Positions 26,861 through 41,615 of a stretch of DNA of 64,000 bases are shown in pieces (the first letter of the stretch is position 1; each line of letters starts with the position of its first letter). Below the pieces are notes generated by a model that was not told the origin of the DNA, searched no databases, and saw only the letters and a list, made by a program, of their open reading frames with translations. The DNA is taken from contig NC_068993.1 in assembly GCF_001194135.2 (NCBI RefSeq), forward strand, positions 3,729,475 through 3,793,474. Reading direction: 5' to 3'. The position numbers and the translations under genes were made by a program. The DNA is from Octopus bimaculoides (lineage: Eukaryota).

Positions 26861-27565
26861 GCTAATCCCCCCCCTTCGACATGCAAAATTTTCTGAAGTG
26901 GAGCCCCAACGGAATAAACAATACTTTGCTATGTTCACATAAGGGATTAACGTCATTCAATTGCACCAAGATACAGATGTAGTTCAATAAAACATAATTC
27001 TTCTAGCATTATACTTTCGCACCACGTTGCCAAAAGATTATATTAATTGCTAGATTTGGATGGTTTTGCATGGACATTACAAACAAATCCAAGATAATAG
27101 CTACTTTTAAATGTATATGACTGCTGCCATTATAGAAATTTACGCTTTAAATTTGCTTCCAGGGCACATACACCCACATACTGGACTGTATGAAAATTGC
27201 ACTAAAATACTTGATAATCAAAACCGTCATTACTTAAAAAAGGTCTATTGATGTTTGCTTGCACATTCTCACATTGTCATTCTTTTTTAGTTATCTTGTA
27301 CACGCATATGAGCCTATTCTATGTATAATTCTCACAAGCGTATACAACTGTGTCCGCATTAAAATATGCACATATGCGAAATTCCCATGTCATAGTTTAC
27401 ATATTATTCACAAAAGAATTTTCTTTTCTGCCCATCATTATACTATTACATATTTCTAACACTCATATGATGAAATTAATTCAAATATGTTATATTATAA
27501 CATGAGGATTTTGTTGTATGAATGGAATATAGATATATAGTGAATCCAAACAAGAAAAAATAATA

Positions 27566-27745
27566 ACGCGAGGACGTGGTACAAGTACTGTATTATCAGA
27601 CGCTCAGGAAAGGAAAGGAAAGGAAAGAGGATTTAACGTTACGAGCCAAGCTCTTCTTCAGAAATAGAGGAAAGTCCAAAAGAAGGGAAGACGGAGGAAG
27701 AAAATCGCCTACGAAACACACACGGTTACATTTTGAAATGACCGG
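27566..27745 (-). mobile_element. Short interspersed repeat carrying a hammerhead-like motif
   Basis: GC-richer island with a hammerhead core next to a (TTTCC)n tract. Boundaries are estimated. Confidence 0.5.
27631..27665 (-). ncRNA. Minimal type-I hammerhead ribozyme motif (A13 substituted)
   Basis: Minus strand: ATTT-CTGAAGA-A-GAGC-TTG-GCTC-GTAA-CGT-T-AAAT. Stem I ATTT/AAAT, stem II GAGC/GCTC, palindromic ACGT stem III; GAAA reads GTAA. Confidence 0.7.
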
Positions 27746-28227
27746 AAGGAAATGGGCGAAGAAAAAGTTCTCTCTAAGACAGGAGAGTGCATGAGAAGGG
27801 GATATGTGTGCGTGTATGTGAGGGTATGTGCGTGTACGCAAGTATATATATATATATNNNNNNNNNNNNNNNNNNNNNNNNNNNNNNNNNNNNNNNNNNN
27901 NNNNNNNNNNNNNNNNNNNNNNNNNNNNNNNNNNNNNNNNNNNNNNNNNNNNNNNNNNNNNNNNNNNNNNNNNNNNNNNNNNNNNNNNNNNNNNNNNNNN
28001 NNNNNNNNNNNNNNNNNNNNNNNNNNNNNNNNNNNNNNNNNNNNNNNNNNNNNNNNNNNNNNNNNNNNNNNNNNNNNNNNNNNNNNNNNNNNNNNNNNNN
28101 NNNNNNNNNNNNNNNNNNNNNNNNNNNNNNNNNNNNNNNNNNNNNNNNNNNNNNNNNNNNNNNNNNNNNNNNNNNNNNNNNNNNNNNNNNNNNNNNNNNN
28201 NNNNNNNNNNNNNNNNNNNNNNNNNNN

Positions 28228-28270
<43 letters not shown>

Positions 28271-30391
28271 AAGTTTGAAAAATATTCTAAAAAAGCGAAA
28301 AACATCGAAGTTCCTTCATGGAAAGTGTAATTTAAATGTAAAGAAGATACTCAATTGAAAGTTCTTGGTTGAAATTTCTTATTAAAATCGTCTTTCCTAA
28401 TTAAGATTAGACTAATTTCCACAGTTTCTACACATGAAAAACTGATGTGTCAGGGAGAAAATGTGAATTTGTTGTTGCATGAAAATCCATCCACTTAGAA
28501 GCCAACAAAAGTCCAATCTGTCTACTTCCTTATCAACACTTCTAGGAAATCCATTTAACGTTTCTAGCCAACCCTTCATTTCCATCTGTAATGTTTGGTT
28601 TAAGTGTTCTTGAGAATTTTCTGCAAATGACAAAACTAGACTTTAAAATTTCTTTCGATGCTTGAAATCACAACATTGTAAAAGCCATGTTGTATTGATC
28701 TATATCTTCATCTGTGTTGGTCATTTTCAAGATCACTGCATTTTTCGAAATTTTAGTTTGTCTTAAAACAATGTTTTGTTTTATAAATGTGTATTTATTT
28801 ATATATATCTTATATTTTCTTGTGCTTTCATTTCCTATCTTTATAATGATTTGCGTAAATTTTTGTTAAACAAATTTATGTTAAAATGTACTTTATATTT
28901 TCATAAAATAACAATGATATAAGTTTATAAAAAATATATTTAACAATGAAATATTTCTGAAAATATTTTCTAATAACTTGCTCGTTTTAATTAATTGTTT
29001 TTAACTGTACTTCATGAAAAATGTTCTGTTTCAAGTTTTTACATCATTCAACTTGTGTTTGATTGAATCACTGTTGAAAGAGGATTATGTATTTTTTTAA
29101 ATCGTTTCCTCATCGTAAATGTCTGCGTGTATATATATGTGTGTGTGCGTGTGTGGGTGTGTTTGTGTGGGGGTGTGTCTGTGAGTGTGGGTGCATGTGT
29201 GCGCGTGTGTCATTGTCGAACGAAGTAAGGGCAAAATTATAGAAACATGCATATATAAATATATATATAAAGTAATCGAGTATATAAGCATGATTTTACT
29301 GTTTTCCATATTGTACTGTATTGAAACTGTCGTCGGAAAGATTCTATGCCTTTCCGCTTGCGTGAGCTTTTGAATAACAGGGGAAAATCATTTACCGTTT
29401 TCCACAAATAACTTAAGCACAAGTTTATAAATCTCCTTTTTATGTATTTTTTACACAAGAAATCATAGATTCACACATTCATAGATACAAATGTCTATAT
29501 ACATATATCTCTATATATGAATATATATANNNNNNNNNNNNNNNNNNNNNNNNNNNNNNNNNNNNNNNNNNNNNNNNNNNNNNNNNNNNNNNNNNNNNNN
29601 NNNNNNNNNNNNNNNNNNNNNNNNNNNNNNNNNNNNNNNNNNNNNNNNNNNNNNNNNNNNNNNNNNNNNNNNNNNNNNNNNNNNNNNNNNNNNNNNNNNN
29701 NNNNNNNNNNNNNNNNNNNNNNNNNNNNNNNNNNNNNNNNNNNNNNNNNNNNNNNNNNNNNNNNNNNNNNNNNNNNNNNNNNNNNNNNNNNNNNNNNNNN
29801 NNNNNNNNNNNNNNNNNNNNNNNNNNNNNNNNNNNNNNNNNNNNNNNNNNNNNNNNNNNNNNNNNNNNNNNNNNNNNNNNNNNNNNNNNNNNNNNNNNNN
29901 NNNNNNNNNNNNNNNNNNNNNNNNNNNNNNNNNNNNNNNNNNNNNNNNNNTTTCTTTATAAATCACTAAATTTAAGTGCAGTAATTCAGATTCTGTAAAA
30001 TAAATATAAAAAATTTAAAACTTATTAGAATATAAATTAAATTTTATAATTTTTGCCTTTGTTGACGAAGCTTTTCATATCAATATTTTTGTTAGTAATA
30101 ATTGCTGTGGAGAAGGTAGCACTGTCTGCGATCGATGACGGAATCTTAATGAAATTCCCAGAAATTACTCGAAATAAAAATTACGTACAGGTGGAAACTT
30201 AAATAATGGCACTCACGCACATCCACACATTTTTAGAGCACCCTCGCTTGTTTTGTCTCTTGATTCTCTGCATCTTTCTTCCTCTCTATCTCTGTCTCCG
30301 TGTGTGTGTATGTGTGTGTGTGTATGCATGCGTGTGTGTGTGTGCGTGTGTGTGTGTCGTCACTCTCCTTCAGTATACATATCAATTCTTT

Positions 30392-30503
<112 letters not shown>

Positions 30504-31302
30504 GTATTGTAACAATCATTGGTTTGGACCATAACATTCGGAAAATCAGTGAAACATCTTTGTTATGAACACACACACACAGCGTGAAAACGAGGGAGAT
30601 GTCTTCCGCTGATGAAAAATAACCACGATCAGATAGTCACTTCCGAAACTGTGAGAATGTATAAAGAAAAGACACATTACTTTCTTTACCAAACATTTTT
30701 TACTAAATCTGTTATGCTTCTTATTTCTGTTGCCATATGGAAAATATGACTTGCACATTTTAATTTCATTGCGTACAAATATATGCACAGCAGTATTGTA
30801 GAGTGAACCGTATAAAGCGATCTGCTGATAGTGATGAAGAGAATTAAGATGATGACGTCTATGAACGTTGACTACAATGAAGAAGACGATGAGTTATAAC
30901 CATATTTACGACATTTACATGACTAAAAGCCTTCGGCAGGTACAAGGGCTGCGCCTTCTGAATTATATTTAAGAGGATATGAGAAGTTGTTACGTAAGAA
31001 ACATAATCAAATAAATAGAATTACCCGACATGTGTAGATGTAATTCTATTGCTGTCTTTCTCATTGTTACAAAAGCTGTTATTAACCAAATTTATCACTT
31101 TTAAATGACAAATTCCAGCATATATGTCTGGCAGCTTTTGTAATGTCTATATTTTTAATGAAACCTCACACAGCATCGTGGCTTATTTCTTTGTAGAGAT
31201 ATCGCGCTTTTGTGTTTTTTTTCTTTCGTTCTTCAGAATGCAGCAGACATATAATATATGTGTTTCTTCTACGCATACATATATACGTATATGTAACTAC
31301 AT

Positions 31303-31333
<31 letters not shown>

Positions 31334-31366
31334 TATACATATATATATATATATATACATATATAT

Positions 31367-31469
<103 letters not shown>

Positions 31470-31683
31470 CATAAACACACATACTTTTACAAACTCACAT
31501 ACACACAGATATGTGAATATAATGGTGAAATTGTACAAACTGTATTAATAGATGACGAATAAAGCACCGTCACAGTTTCGATTACCTGTTGTTAACCGTA
31601 GATTTATTGCAGGAACTTTGTAGGGGTGGTTGGGGTGAAACTATTGATAAAATAGGAGATGGAATGTGTAATAGACTTTATTG

Positions 31684-31726
31684 GGTACAACACATGTTTT
31701 GACCTGTTCTGGTCTCTTCAGGTACC
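31684..31726 (-). ncRNA. Minimal type-I hammerhead ribozyme motif (G12 substituted) followed by AATAAA
   Basis: Minus strand: GGTAC-CTGAAGA-GACC-AGAACA-GGTC-AAAA-C-ATGT-GT-T-GTACC. Perfect 5-bp stem I and 4-bp stem II; AATAAA at 31677-31682. Confidence 0.72.
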
Positions 31727-31929
31727 TCAATAAAAAGTCTCACTAGAGATTTCTTGTGTCGGTTTACGTACCGCTATATGTCCATCAAATTCGAGAATGA
31801 GTAAAATCAAAAGAAAAAATTATTGAAACGCGAACAATTCAGATATGAACGTAGAAAGTATACATTCTAGTTTAGAGAAAATGACGTAATGAGTATACCA
31901 GGCGCATGCATCACAACCATATGTGTAAT

Positions 31930-32093
31930 TCCTCTCAACACATGGCTATGATGCTCCCCCATTACTCTGCTCATGATCAGAGGTGCCCATATGGCCAGCC
32001 ACTAAGGGACGTGATCAGCTGGTTAAGATCAAACAACTGACAAGCAAATCTCTGGTACTGAGGAGAATATTTGCTGCAGCCGATCTTTTATAC

Positions 32094-32164
<71 letters not shown>
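31930..32164 (+). mobile_element. Probable retroposon (SINE/LINE) 3' end with (ATT)n tail
   Basis: GC-richer segment ending ...cttttatacc directly into a long (ATT)n run. It resembles an abundant octopus repeat as I recall it; there is no second copy in the window. Confidence 0.45.
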
Positions 32165-32166
<2 letters not shown>

Positions 32167-32558
32167 GCATATCATTTTGCCATTGATGATTATAACCATA
32201 CAAAGGAAAGGACATATAAACGTTTGCTGTCATCATCGTATGAATTCATTCCCTGAACGTATAAGTACAAAATGCAGAACAGATAACAAAAAATGCTGCT
32301 ACAGAAATATTCACGTGTATTTGAAGATCTTGGTGAATGGTTTAATAATTGTCTCTCAATTTAGACATTTACTGAGTCATGTTCAATATATTTATCAATG
32401 TACCAAAGAATATGCCATTTCTTATGCTAGCGTTCTTCTACAGCACTTGGCCTGGCTTTCTATTTTTACAGAACATACACTTTATATTGCCGTTATTGTA
32501 TTTGCTCTATTTTGGTTGGTTTCAACTGCCTTACTACAAGATGTGTGTGTGTGTGTGC

Positions 32559-32602
<44 letters not shown>

Positions 32603-32853
32603 GAGAGAGTGCACATATATGTGTGTGTTTATGTTTGTGTTTTTCTGTGCGTGTCCGTCTGTATGCCTGTGTAGATACATAGATAGATAGGGAAATAGCT
32701 AGATACATTGATTGATAAATGCATCCATACATATATTACCATACACAAAGGCATACAGAAATACACACAAATATATATACTTATATAAATATGTATGTAT
32801 ATGAGCTGCTGTAATTCATATTCAGGAATACTTTTTGTTACAAAGTAAATATA

Positions 32854-32885
<32 letters not shown>

Positions 32886-33138
32886 GGCAAAGCTATTAGC
32901 GAGAGTGTTGTGAAATGTACCACATATTCAGCGACGAAACGAATATATTGTTGATATCTATAAAGATCTTTTTCTTTGACACTCTTAAACATAAAGTCAA
33001 TCCACATATTCAAATAAATAGTGATGCGTTGCATTGTATAATTTGACACGTTACATTTCTGGTTGTCACATATGCTCTTAGATATATCTATTTACCTGAA
33101 GCCTTCATTAGCGGTACTCCAAAGAAATTCGGATATGC

Positions 33139-33201
<63 letters not shown>

Positions 33202-35523
33202 CCTATGTGTCTATCTCTCTTTCTCTCCCTCTCTCACTATATATATAGATATATATACCACTACCTAATACGGAACAACAGGTAGGATTGGCAGGAATAT
33301 GAATAATGCAATTTCATGAAGTTTGCCATGCAATGAAGTTACAAGAATGCTTGAATCCTTTTAGTGTTCTATAGAAAAGAAAGGAATTCAAGAAAGGTCC
33401 ACGTTATAGAATTGGTATAATATTTAAATGGATAAATATTTATTATTATCAGTGATATCGGTTTTATAACTTCTCGTGTAAAATAATTAGTATGAAGGCT
33501 CTCTAAAATTCAAACGTATCAGATTAGTGAAATAAATACCGAAAACATGGATCTCCATAAAATCAAAGATACGTTTTAAAATGTATCTAGACTCGAAATT
33601 CACATACTTACACACATATAAAGCACGTATATATATTATATGATTATGTGTGTGCATGCACGCGCCTTTGCATGTTCTTATATTTAAGCGTGTAAATGTG
33701 TAAGCTTGTGTATATCGTTGCTATTATGCAAAAGTGTCGTAAGTCCATAACGTTGCATTTTCTGAAAACGAAAATATAGTTTCACCACTCCATTTCTTTT
33801 TACATTAGCCGCAGTTTAAGCTTAACAATAATACTTTATTGGCTGCATGAAATCGTAACTCCATGTATGTATGTTATATTTTCAGTTAGACATATTTTTG
33901 CAAAACTATCGTATGTGGGACTTACTACACACTTGAAAAATGCTAAACTGTTGAACTACACTTTGACGATTTTCATATCTTTGCATCTGAAGCAACTGGA
34001 GATACGATAGTTTCGCCAAAAGAACTGGCAATTGGAAGCAGAATTAAACATTGAAAAACAACCTCCCAATTTTGACCAAATTTGGAAATATGACATATTT
34101 ATGGTTGCTTAGTTTTAAAAATGTTTGTAATGTATGTTAATATGGAGGCATTGTGTTTTTAGTCGTAGGAAGAAATAAACAAGATTCTCATCGCAAAACA
34201 CTTGAAAGGATCGGACACAATAAAGTGATATGAACGTTTGTAAATAGTTCTAAGGACGTATGTGTATATATACATGTTAGTATGTACGTATATATATTTG
34301 TTTGTAAGTATGTTTGTGTGAAAGTAGAAATCTTCTTACAGCACGAGAATTTCACCATCTTGAAATGATTCACATCGGTTTGAACACAAAAAATTTCCAG
34401 GAACAAAACCGACACCATCTCTTTATATATCTATACAAAATAATGTTTGATAACCGTGTATAGCTGTTCACCCATAAACCTCTCGAGTCTTACCAATAGC
34501 TGTTGTGTGTGTTTAAGCATTATATAATCTCGCAATGTAGCTTTATCTCGCCTATGAAACCGCATTAGTTGCTGAGGTCAGGTCATTTAGTCTAAAACAC
34601 ATAGTCATAATTTTCCTTTTAAATCTACTTTCTTTGGTGCTGATATCGAAATTTAAGCTATAACTAGCCACTCTTGGGTCAATATTGCTATTCAATATTC
34701 TCACTGGTCATAAATTCATTGATTCGCTTCTGTCGGTGTTTTAGCCATCGTAAACAATGGACAGGAAATTTCTGTTGTATATTTTCAGTGAATTGTTTTG
34801 CCCATATCTATTATTTTCTTTACTATTACCGAATAATAATGTGAATAGCGATATATGTGGAAATAAACAGAGGCATATATTTATACGCGTAAATTAGCAA
34901 TATATAAATTTTATATAATAATGTAAAAAATATTTATACACAAGCACTCACATGCACATTCACATATTGAGGGAATTGAAATGTTCTAGGCTTCATAATA
35001 TCCAATGCTTTGACACCACCCTAAAACAGCCGGTTAATCTAAAGCAGTGGACATTCCAAATAATACAATAATTATTTACAGCACAAACGTATTGAGTGTG
35101 ATACATTAGAGAGAGGTGGTGGCAGTGTCGATAATATCAATTATCAGTATACATAAAGTGTATCTACAAATAAGCCAAATTCACATAAACAATACAAATA
35201 TATTAGAGTCAAAGGGATGAACAAAAATACCACGCAATGTCAGACAGAAGAAAGCAGTTGCCTATAAAGCGTAGACATATAAATGGAAAATTCAAAGAGA
35301 AACGTACAAGGGTGTTTAATACACGAAGGAAAGGTAGAGAAGAAAAGTTGCTGTTTCGGGAGTTACACTTTTCCGACGCATCAAAAAACAAATGAATAAT
35401 AATAATAAATAATAACGTTCGGAAAAATTCACTGGGATGGAGAAGAAAGAATGCATGGTTCCAAAACAAACATTTCAGTCTGTTCATACAAGATTCAAGT
35501 CATGTGAATGAGATGCGTCATTT

Positions 35524-35727
35524 TGGCAGAAACGTTAGCACGCCAGACGAAATGCTTTGCGTTATATCGTCTGTCTTTACGTTCTGAGTTCAAATTCCGG
35601 CGAGGTCGACTTTTGCCTTTTATCCTTTCAGAGTCAATGAATTAAGTACCAGTGACGTCCTGGTGTCGATCTAAACGACTGCCCCCCCCCCCAAATATCC
35701 AGCTTTGAGCTAAGAGTAGAAAAGAAT
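35524..35727 (+). mobile_element. Near full-length tRNA-headed SINE with a Deu/Nin-like core
   Basis: A-box-like TGGCAGAAACG, B box GAGTTCAAATTCC, core gccttttatcctttcagagtcaatgaattaagtacc, 3' end agagtagaaaagaa. Homologous to the 39157 and 43330 copies. Confidence 0.85.
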
Positions 35728-36178
35728 ATATATTTTAAAAAATATCTATCTAATTATATACTGCGTATGTGGATGTATATATACATAGTTAATTTGCTAT
35801 TTTTGTAAAGCGTTACCCAATTTTACATCGACAGACTTGTCTTATCATTGATTTCTAGGATGATGAATTACAGGACGTAACCCTCTTAAAGTGTATTAGC
35901 ACTACTTGCTACTGTTCCAAACTGTGGCCGCATTTCTGCAGTTCTGCCAGACATACCACGTCCATAAACAAAAGAGCGAATATGGTTTATTGCAGATTGT
36001 GTCCGATTTAGAGGTATAGGAATGCAGATCTAGAGATCAAATTAACAATACAAAGATATACATATACATATATACGTACATACACATGTACATCCAGACA
36101 CACCCACGCACCAACATAGTTTTATTTATATGTATAAATGCACACGCACTTACACACACACATATATATATGTATATA

Positions 36179-36217
<39 letters not shown>

Positions 36218-36595
36218 TATATATATATACTATACATATACATATATATATACATACATACATTTGCTTATATGTACAAATATGTATCTTGGCATGAGTG
36301 TGTATGTATAACACATAGAATACAAGAAGAGAAGTGAGAGATATTCAGAGAGGAATACAAACAGTGACATACAGGAGTAAAGATGTTGGAATAAAAGATA
36401 TAAATAACATGGTTAAACATCTAGTGGAATATATATTGAGATTGTACATGCATAATATACATATACTCTCGTAACAAAAGTACATTGAAAGTAACATACC
36501 TACTCGTTCATGTGAATATGACACATGCAAATGCGTGTGTATGTGTATGTATGTATGTAATTATGTATGTATGTATGTATGTATCTATCTATCTA

Positions 36596-36637
<42 letters not shown>

Positions 36638-37196
36638 NNNNNNNNNNNNNNNNNNNNNNNNNNNNNNNNNNNNNNNNNNNNNNNNNNNNNNNNNNNNNNN
36701 NNNNNNNNNNNNNNNNNNNNNNNNNNNNNNNNNNNNNNTATATATATATATATATATTAGTATGTTTATGCGTATGTATGTGGGGTTACATATGTATACA
36801 TAGACATATATACGCACACACACACACACATAAATATATACGTGTGTAAATATACATATACACATATATATATGTATATATATATATATATATTATATAT
36901 ATATATATATACATATATATATAGGAATATATATATATATATACATACACATATACATGCATATATACATATGTATGTTTGTAAATGTATATATCTATAC
37001 ATATTTATATACATATATATGTGTATATGTACATATATAAATATACATATATACGTTATATATGTTACCATAGAGATTTGCATATTTGCAAGTGTGTATA
37101 TTTCCATGCAAATAAAAATTCGTATTTGTAAATGTTCACATACATCTATGTGTGCACGTGCATGCGTTGGAGTACGTGGGATTTTAATGTGTATAC

Positions 37197-37254
<58 letters not shown>

Positions 37255-38436
37255 NNNNNNNNNNNNNNNNNNNNNNNNNNNNNNNNNNNNNNNNNNNNNN
37301 NNNNNNNNNNNNNNNNNNNNNNNNNNNNNNNNNNNNNNNNNNNNNNNNNNNNNNNNNNNNNNNNNNNNNNNNNNNNNNNNNNNNNNNNNNNNNNNNNNNN
37401 NNNNNNNNNNNNNNNNNNNNNNNNNNNNNNNNNNNNNNNNNNNNNNNNNNNNNNNNNNNNNNNNNNNNNNNNNNNNNNNNNNNNNNNNNNNNNNNNNNNN
37501 NNNNNNNNNNNNNNNNNNNNNNNNNNNNNNNNNNNNNNNNNNNNNNNNNNNNNNNNNNNNNNNNNNNNNNNNNNNNNNNNNNNNNNNNNNNNNNNNNNNN
37601 NNNNNNNNNNNNNNNNNNNNNNNNNNNNNNNNNNNNNNNNNNNNNNNNNNNNNNNNNNNNNNNNNNNNNNNNNNNNNNNNNNNNNNNNNNNNNNNNNNNN
37701 NNNNNNNNNNNNNNNNNNNNNNNNNNNNNNNNNNNNNNNNNNNNNNNNNNNNNNNNNNNNNNNNNNNNNNNNNNNNNNNNNNNNNNNNNNNNNNNNNNNN
37801 NATATATATATGTATGTATGTATATATGTTGTTGTGAATGAATATGTGCGTCCGTGTGTACGTATTTCTTTGTTTGCGTGTATGTTGTGTGTATACGTCC
37901 GTGTGTGTGTGTGTGTGTGTGCGTGCGTGTGTGTGTGTGTGTAAACACATTCGCAATAATCCCGTGTTCACTAACTGCGATCTTTCTCCTTCAGACACAC
38001 ACACACATACACGCACGCACACGCACACGCACACGCACACGCACAACGCTCATACGGACACACGCACGCAATCAAAATCTGAAGATTTAGACGAAAAGAG
38101 AGTGAAATGTGCAATACAGCATGAATATTGGAGACTCTGGTAGAAGCAAAGAACATAGATTGGCGAGAGTGAAAAAAAAAGGCAATTTGTCGATCGTTCC
38201 ACTTGAAGAACTGACAAGGAAGAATTTGGTGTAGGTAAGCTTTGGCATTGATTTCCTTCAATACTAATAACATAGAAACAATAAATCACTATAGATTTGG
38301 CTGTTCTCCTCCTCCTTACTATTATTGCTTTCATTCCTGCTTTTGTTTTCGTATTCGTAGTTATTGTTGTTAAGTTATATACGCGTTTTTTTGTTATATT
38401 TTCTTTTCCGTTATAATACAATTTGCGCATTTATAC

Positions 38437-38490
<54 letters not shown>

Positions 38491-39156
38491 ATACGTATTC
38501 ATGTACACATATACACATACGCCCATACATATTAATAAAAGCACGTCGATATACATATTTATATATTTTTCTACGGTTGCATAAACATGTGTTCTATGCG
38601 TGTGTTTGCGTGTCCGCATGTATACCTACATACTTACGCAAATACACATATTCACACACACACATGCGCGCACACTCTTATATACATATGTGCATGCATA
38701 CATAAGTATATATATACATATATATATATATATANNNNNNNNNNNNNNNNNNNNNNNNNNNNNNNNNNNNNNNNNNNNNNNNNNNNNNNNNNNNNNNNNN
38801 NNNNNNNNNNNNNNNNNNNNNNNNNNNNNNNNNNNNNNNNNNNNNNNNNNNNNNNNNNNNNNNNNNNNNNNNNNNNNNNNNNNNNNNNNNNNNNNNNNNN
38901 NNNNNNNNNNNNNNNNNNNNNNNNNNNNNNNNNNNNNNNNNNNNNNNNNNNNNNNNNNNNNNNNNNNNNNNNNNNNNNNNNNNNNNNNNNNNNNNNNNNN
39001 NNNNNTGGATTTCACATTTCATTTTAGCACTTGTGTAAGTGTCCTTACAGCCGGGCGCCTTTCACATCAACAACCTTTCGAGCGTACAATATCTACGGTT
39101 GCACCTTCTTTTCGCGAAGAAGGATTTATGATATTTATGATATTTATGATATTTAT

Positions 39157-39316
39157 CGTCTGTCTTTACGTTTTGAGTTCAAATTGCGCCGAGGTCGACT
39201 TTGCCTTTCATCCTTTCGGGTCGATAAATTAACTACCATTTGCGTACTGAGGTCGATCTAATCGACTGATCCCCGCTAAAAAAAATTTCGGGCATTGTGC
39301 CTAGAGTAGAAAAGGA
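39157..39316 (+). mobile_element. 5'-truncated SINE, same family as 35524
   Basis: High by-eye identity to the reverse complement of 43330-43490. Preceded by a tandem GATATTTAT 9-mer. Confidence 0.9.
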
Positions 39317-39846
39317 TATTGACGTTGTTCGTAATTCTATGTATGCTGAGGTGGATGGTGGATAGTAACAATTCTGTGCTTATGCAGTCGTATTTTGAGG
39401 CAATGATGGTCGTGGTGAGTGGCAATTGACTATGTGAGAAATGGTTTTGATAAAAAAAAAGAAGGATAAACGGTGTTAAGACTGATATTGTTCAAAGTAC
39501 TGGTGTTTGTGGCTGTGTTGCTGGGAATTGCATTGTAAGAAGTGGTAGAGGTGGAAGCGTCAGTGGTTGTGGTAGAAACGCTATTAATAAAGATGGGACT
39601 AGTAGTAACGATAAATCCTGTTAATACTACGCAAAATAGGTTTCAATAAAGCAATATACAGCCTGAGGTTATATACATATATACATACATATGCGCACGT
39701 GCATGTGTGTATGTATGCATATATGTAAGTAGGTATGTGCGTATATATGTTTGCATGAATGAATAGAGTTAGCTTGTTAGTCAGATAGATGAGTAGATAA
39801 AAATATGTATGTTTGAGTGTATATGTATATATATAATTTATAACGA

Positions 39847-39894
<48 letters not shown>

Positions 39895-40113
39895 AATTAC
39901 ATATGTATATAGAGTGTATATTTATATAAAGTCCAATTACATTATCGTGGCTGTTGTTGCTGCCGTATCCTTGAAACTTAGAATAATATAAGGTATCTAT
40001 GTTACTAATTGAACATCTGTTATTTATGATAATCAATATTATTATTATTAATGCTGTCACAACTACTTCCATTATTTACTGGTAGTGCTATTATTGTTGT
40101 CGTTGATGTTACA

Positions 40114-40272
<159 letters not shown>

Positions 40273-41504
40273 ATGGTTTCTGCTATTAATAATACTGCCA
40301 CTATTAATAATAATACCTACAACAATACTAATAATATCTACAAGCGGTTCAATGGTCGAGGTAGATATTATTAATTTGATTTTAATTGCAAGAAAAGTAC
40401 AACCGATATATATTGCCTCTATACACTTCCACAGAGATACACTTATAATATATAAACACACATATATAAATACACTTATAATACACGCACATACGCATAC
40501 ATGCATACATATACACCTACATCCACACACACAAGCCTGTATAAAAGCATACGTAGACACGTATAAAACTTAATATTTACACACATACATTGCACTGGTG
40601 AGGTTACAGTCAACAACAACAACACTAAATATGCTGTTTTACTTCATTATTTAGCCCTTAGCTAAAATCTTCATGAATCACTATCGTATAATTCAATGGA
40701 TTTTTATAGCTAAAAATCCTCATTATTCGTTATATTGGTTCATATCTTAATAATATCCACACCTTGGGCAAGATTTTCATAATTCATGTTTCGAAAACAC
40801 TCTCTATTGGGTTGAAAAGGATGTACGCAATTTTCTTCTATTTTTCTATCTCACTACGAGAAATGTCTACAATTACGAAGACCTTTCCAATATTTCTCTG
40901 TAGCGCCATCGTCGTTTCTTATTGTGGCCATTCACAGAATTAGAGAAATGCAGTTTTTATTTTTATTTTTATGTTGGGCACTTTTGAATAGTCTGCTTAA
41001 GAAAATTTACGCTTTCTATTTCGCTTTTCTTTTTTTTTTGTCCCTCTTTCTAGCATTTAACTCATGCTAGAGCATGTTGGAGTCACGAATATTCATGTGA
41101 TAGTCATGTTGCTCCGATTGATGCACCGTCACGTCTGACATTCTGTGGTTATCACCGATACTCGGCATCGGAATTTTAATTCTATTCCTTTTGATATAAT
41201 TCTCTTCTTGCTCCTCTTGATATTATTCCAAGTGCTGCAATAATAATAATAGGAAAAGTTGTTGTTTCCAGACCCCACATTCTTATGATTTTTGTCTAAG
41301 TTTCCTTATACTTCATCTATTTTACAAACATTTTCAGAGATGTGTTTTTATCAGCTGCAATACTAAGCGTCCTTCCTGCCGGAAGAAAAGTTAATTACGG
41401 GATATGAAATCTGAAAACATAAAGGAAGCTTGAGAACTAACACCACAAAACACACAAACCCAAAGTTTTCTCAATTCCATCACACCCTCAATTTCGCCTA
41501 TTAG

Positions 41505-41615
41505 TTATTTGATGCATCCCGAAATGCTTAAAGATATAATTGTATTCAGCGGGATTTGAACTCAGAGCGCACATAATTGGAACAAATGCTGGATAAGATA
41601 TTCTATCAGCTAAAC
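41505..41615 (-). mobile_element. Decayed SINE fragment
   Basis: cagcgggatttgaactcagagcg contains the reverse-complement B box, flanked by residual similarity to the 43330 copy. Confidence 0.55.

Noticed and set aside
32165-32674. 169-aa ORF with a hydrophobic C-terminus
   Set aside because: Begins and ends in microsatellites; no motif or splice support.
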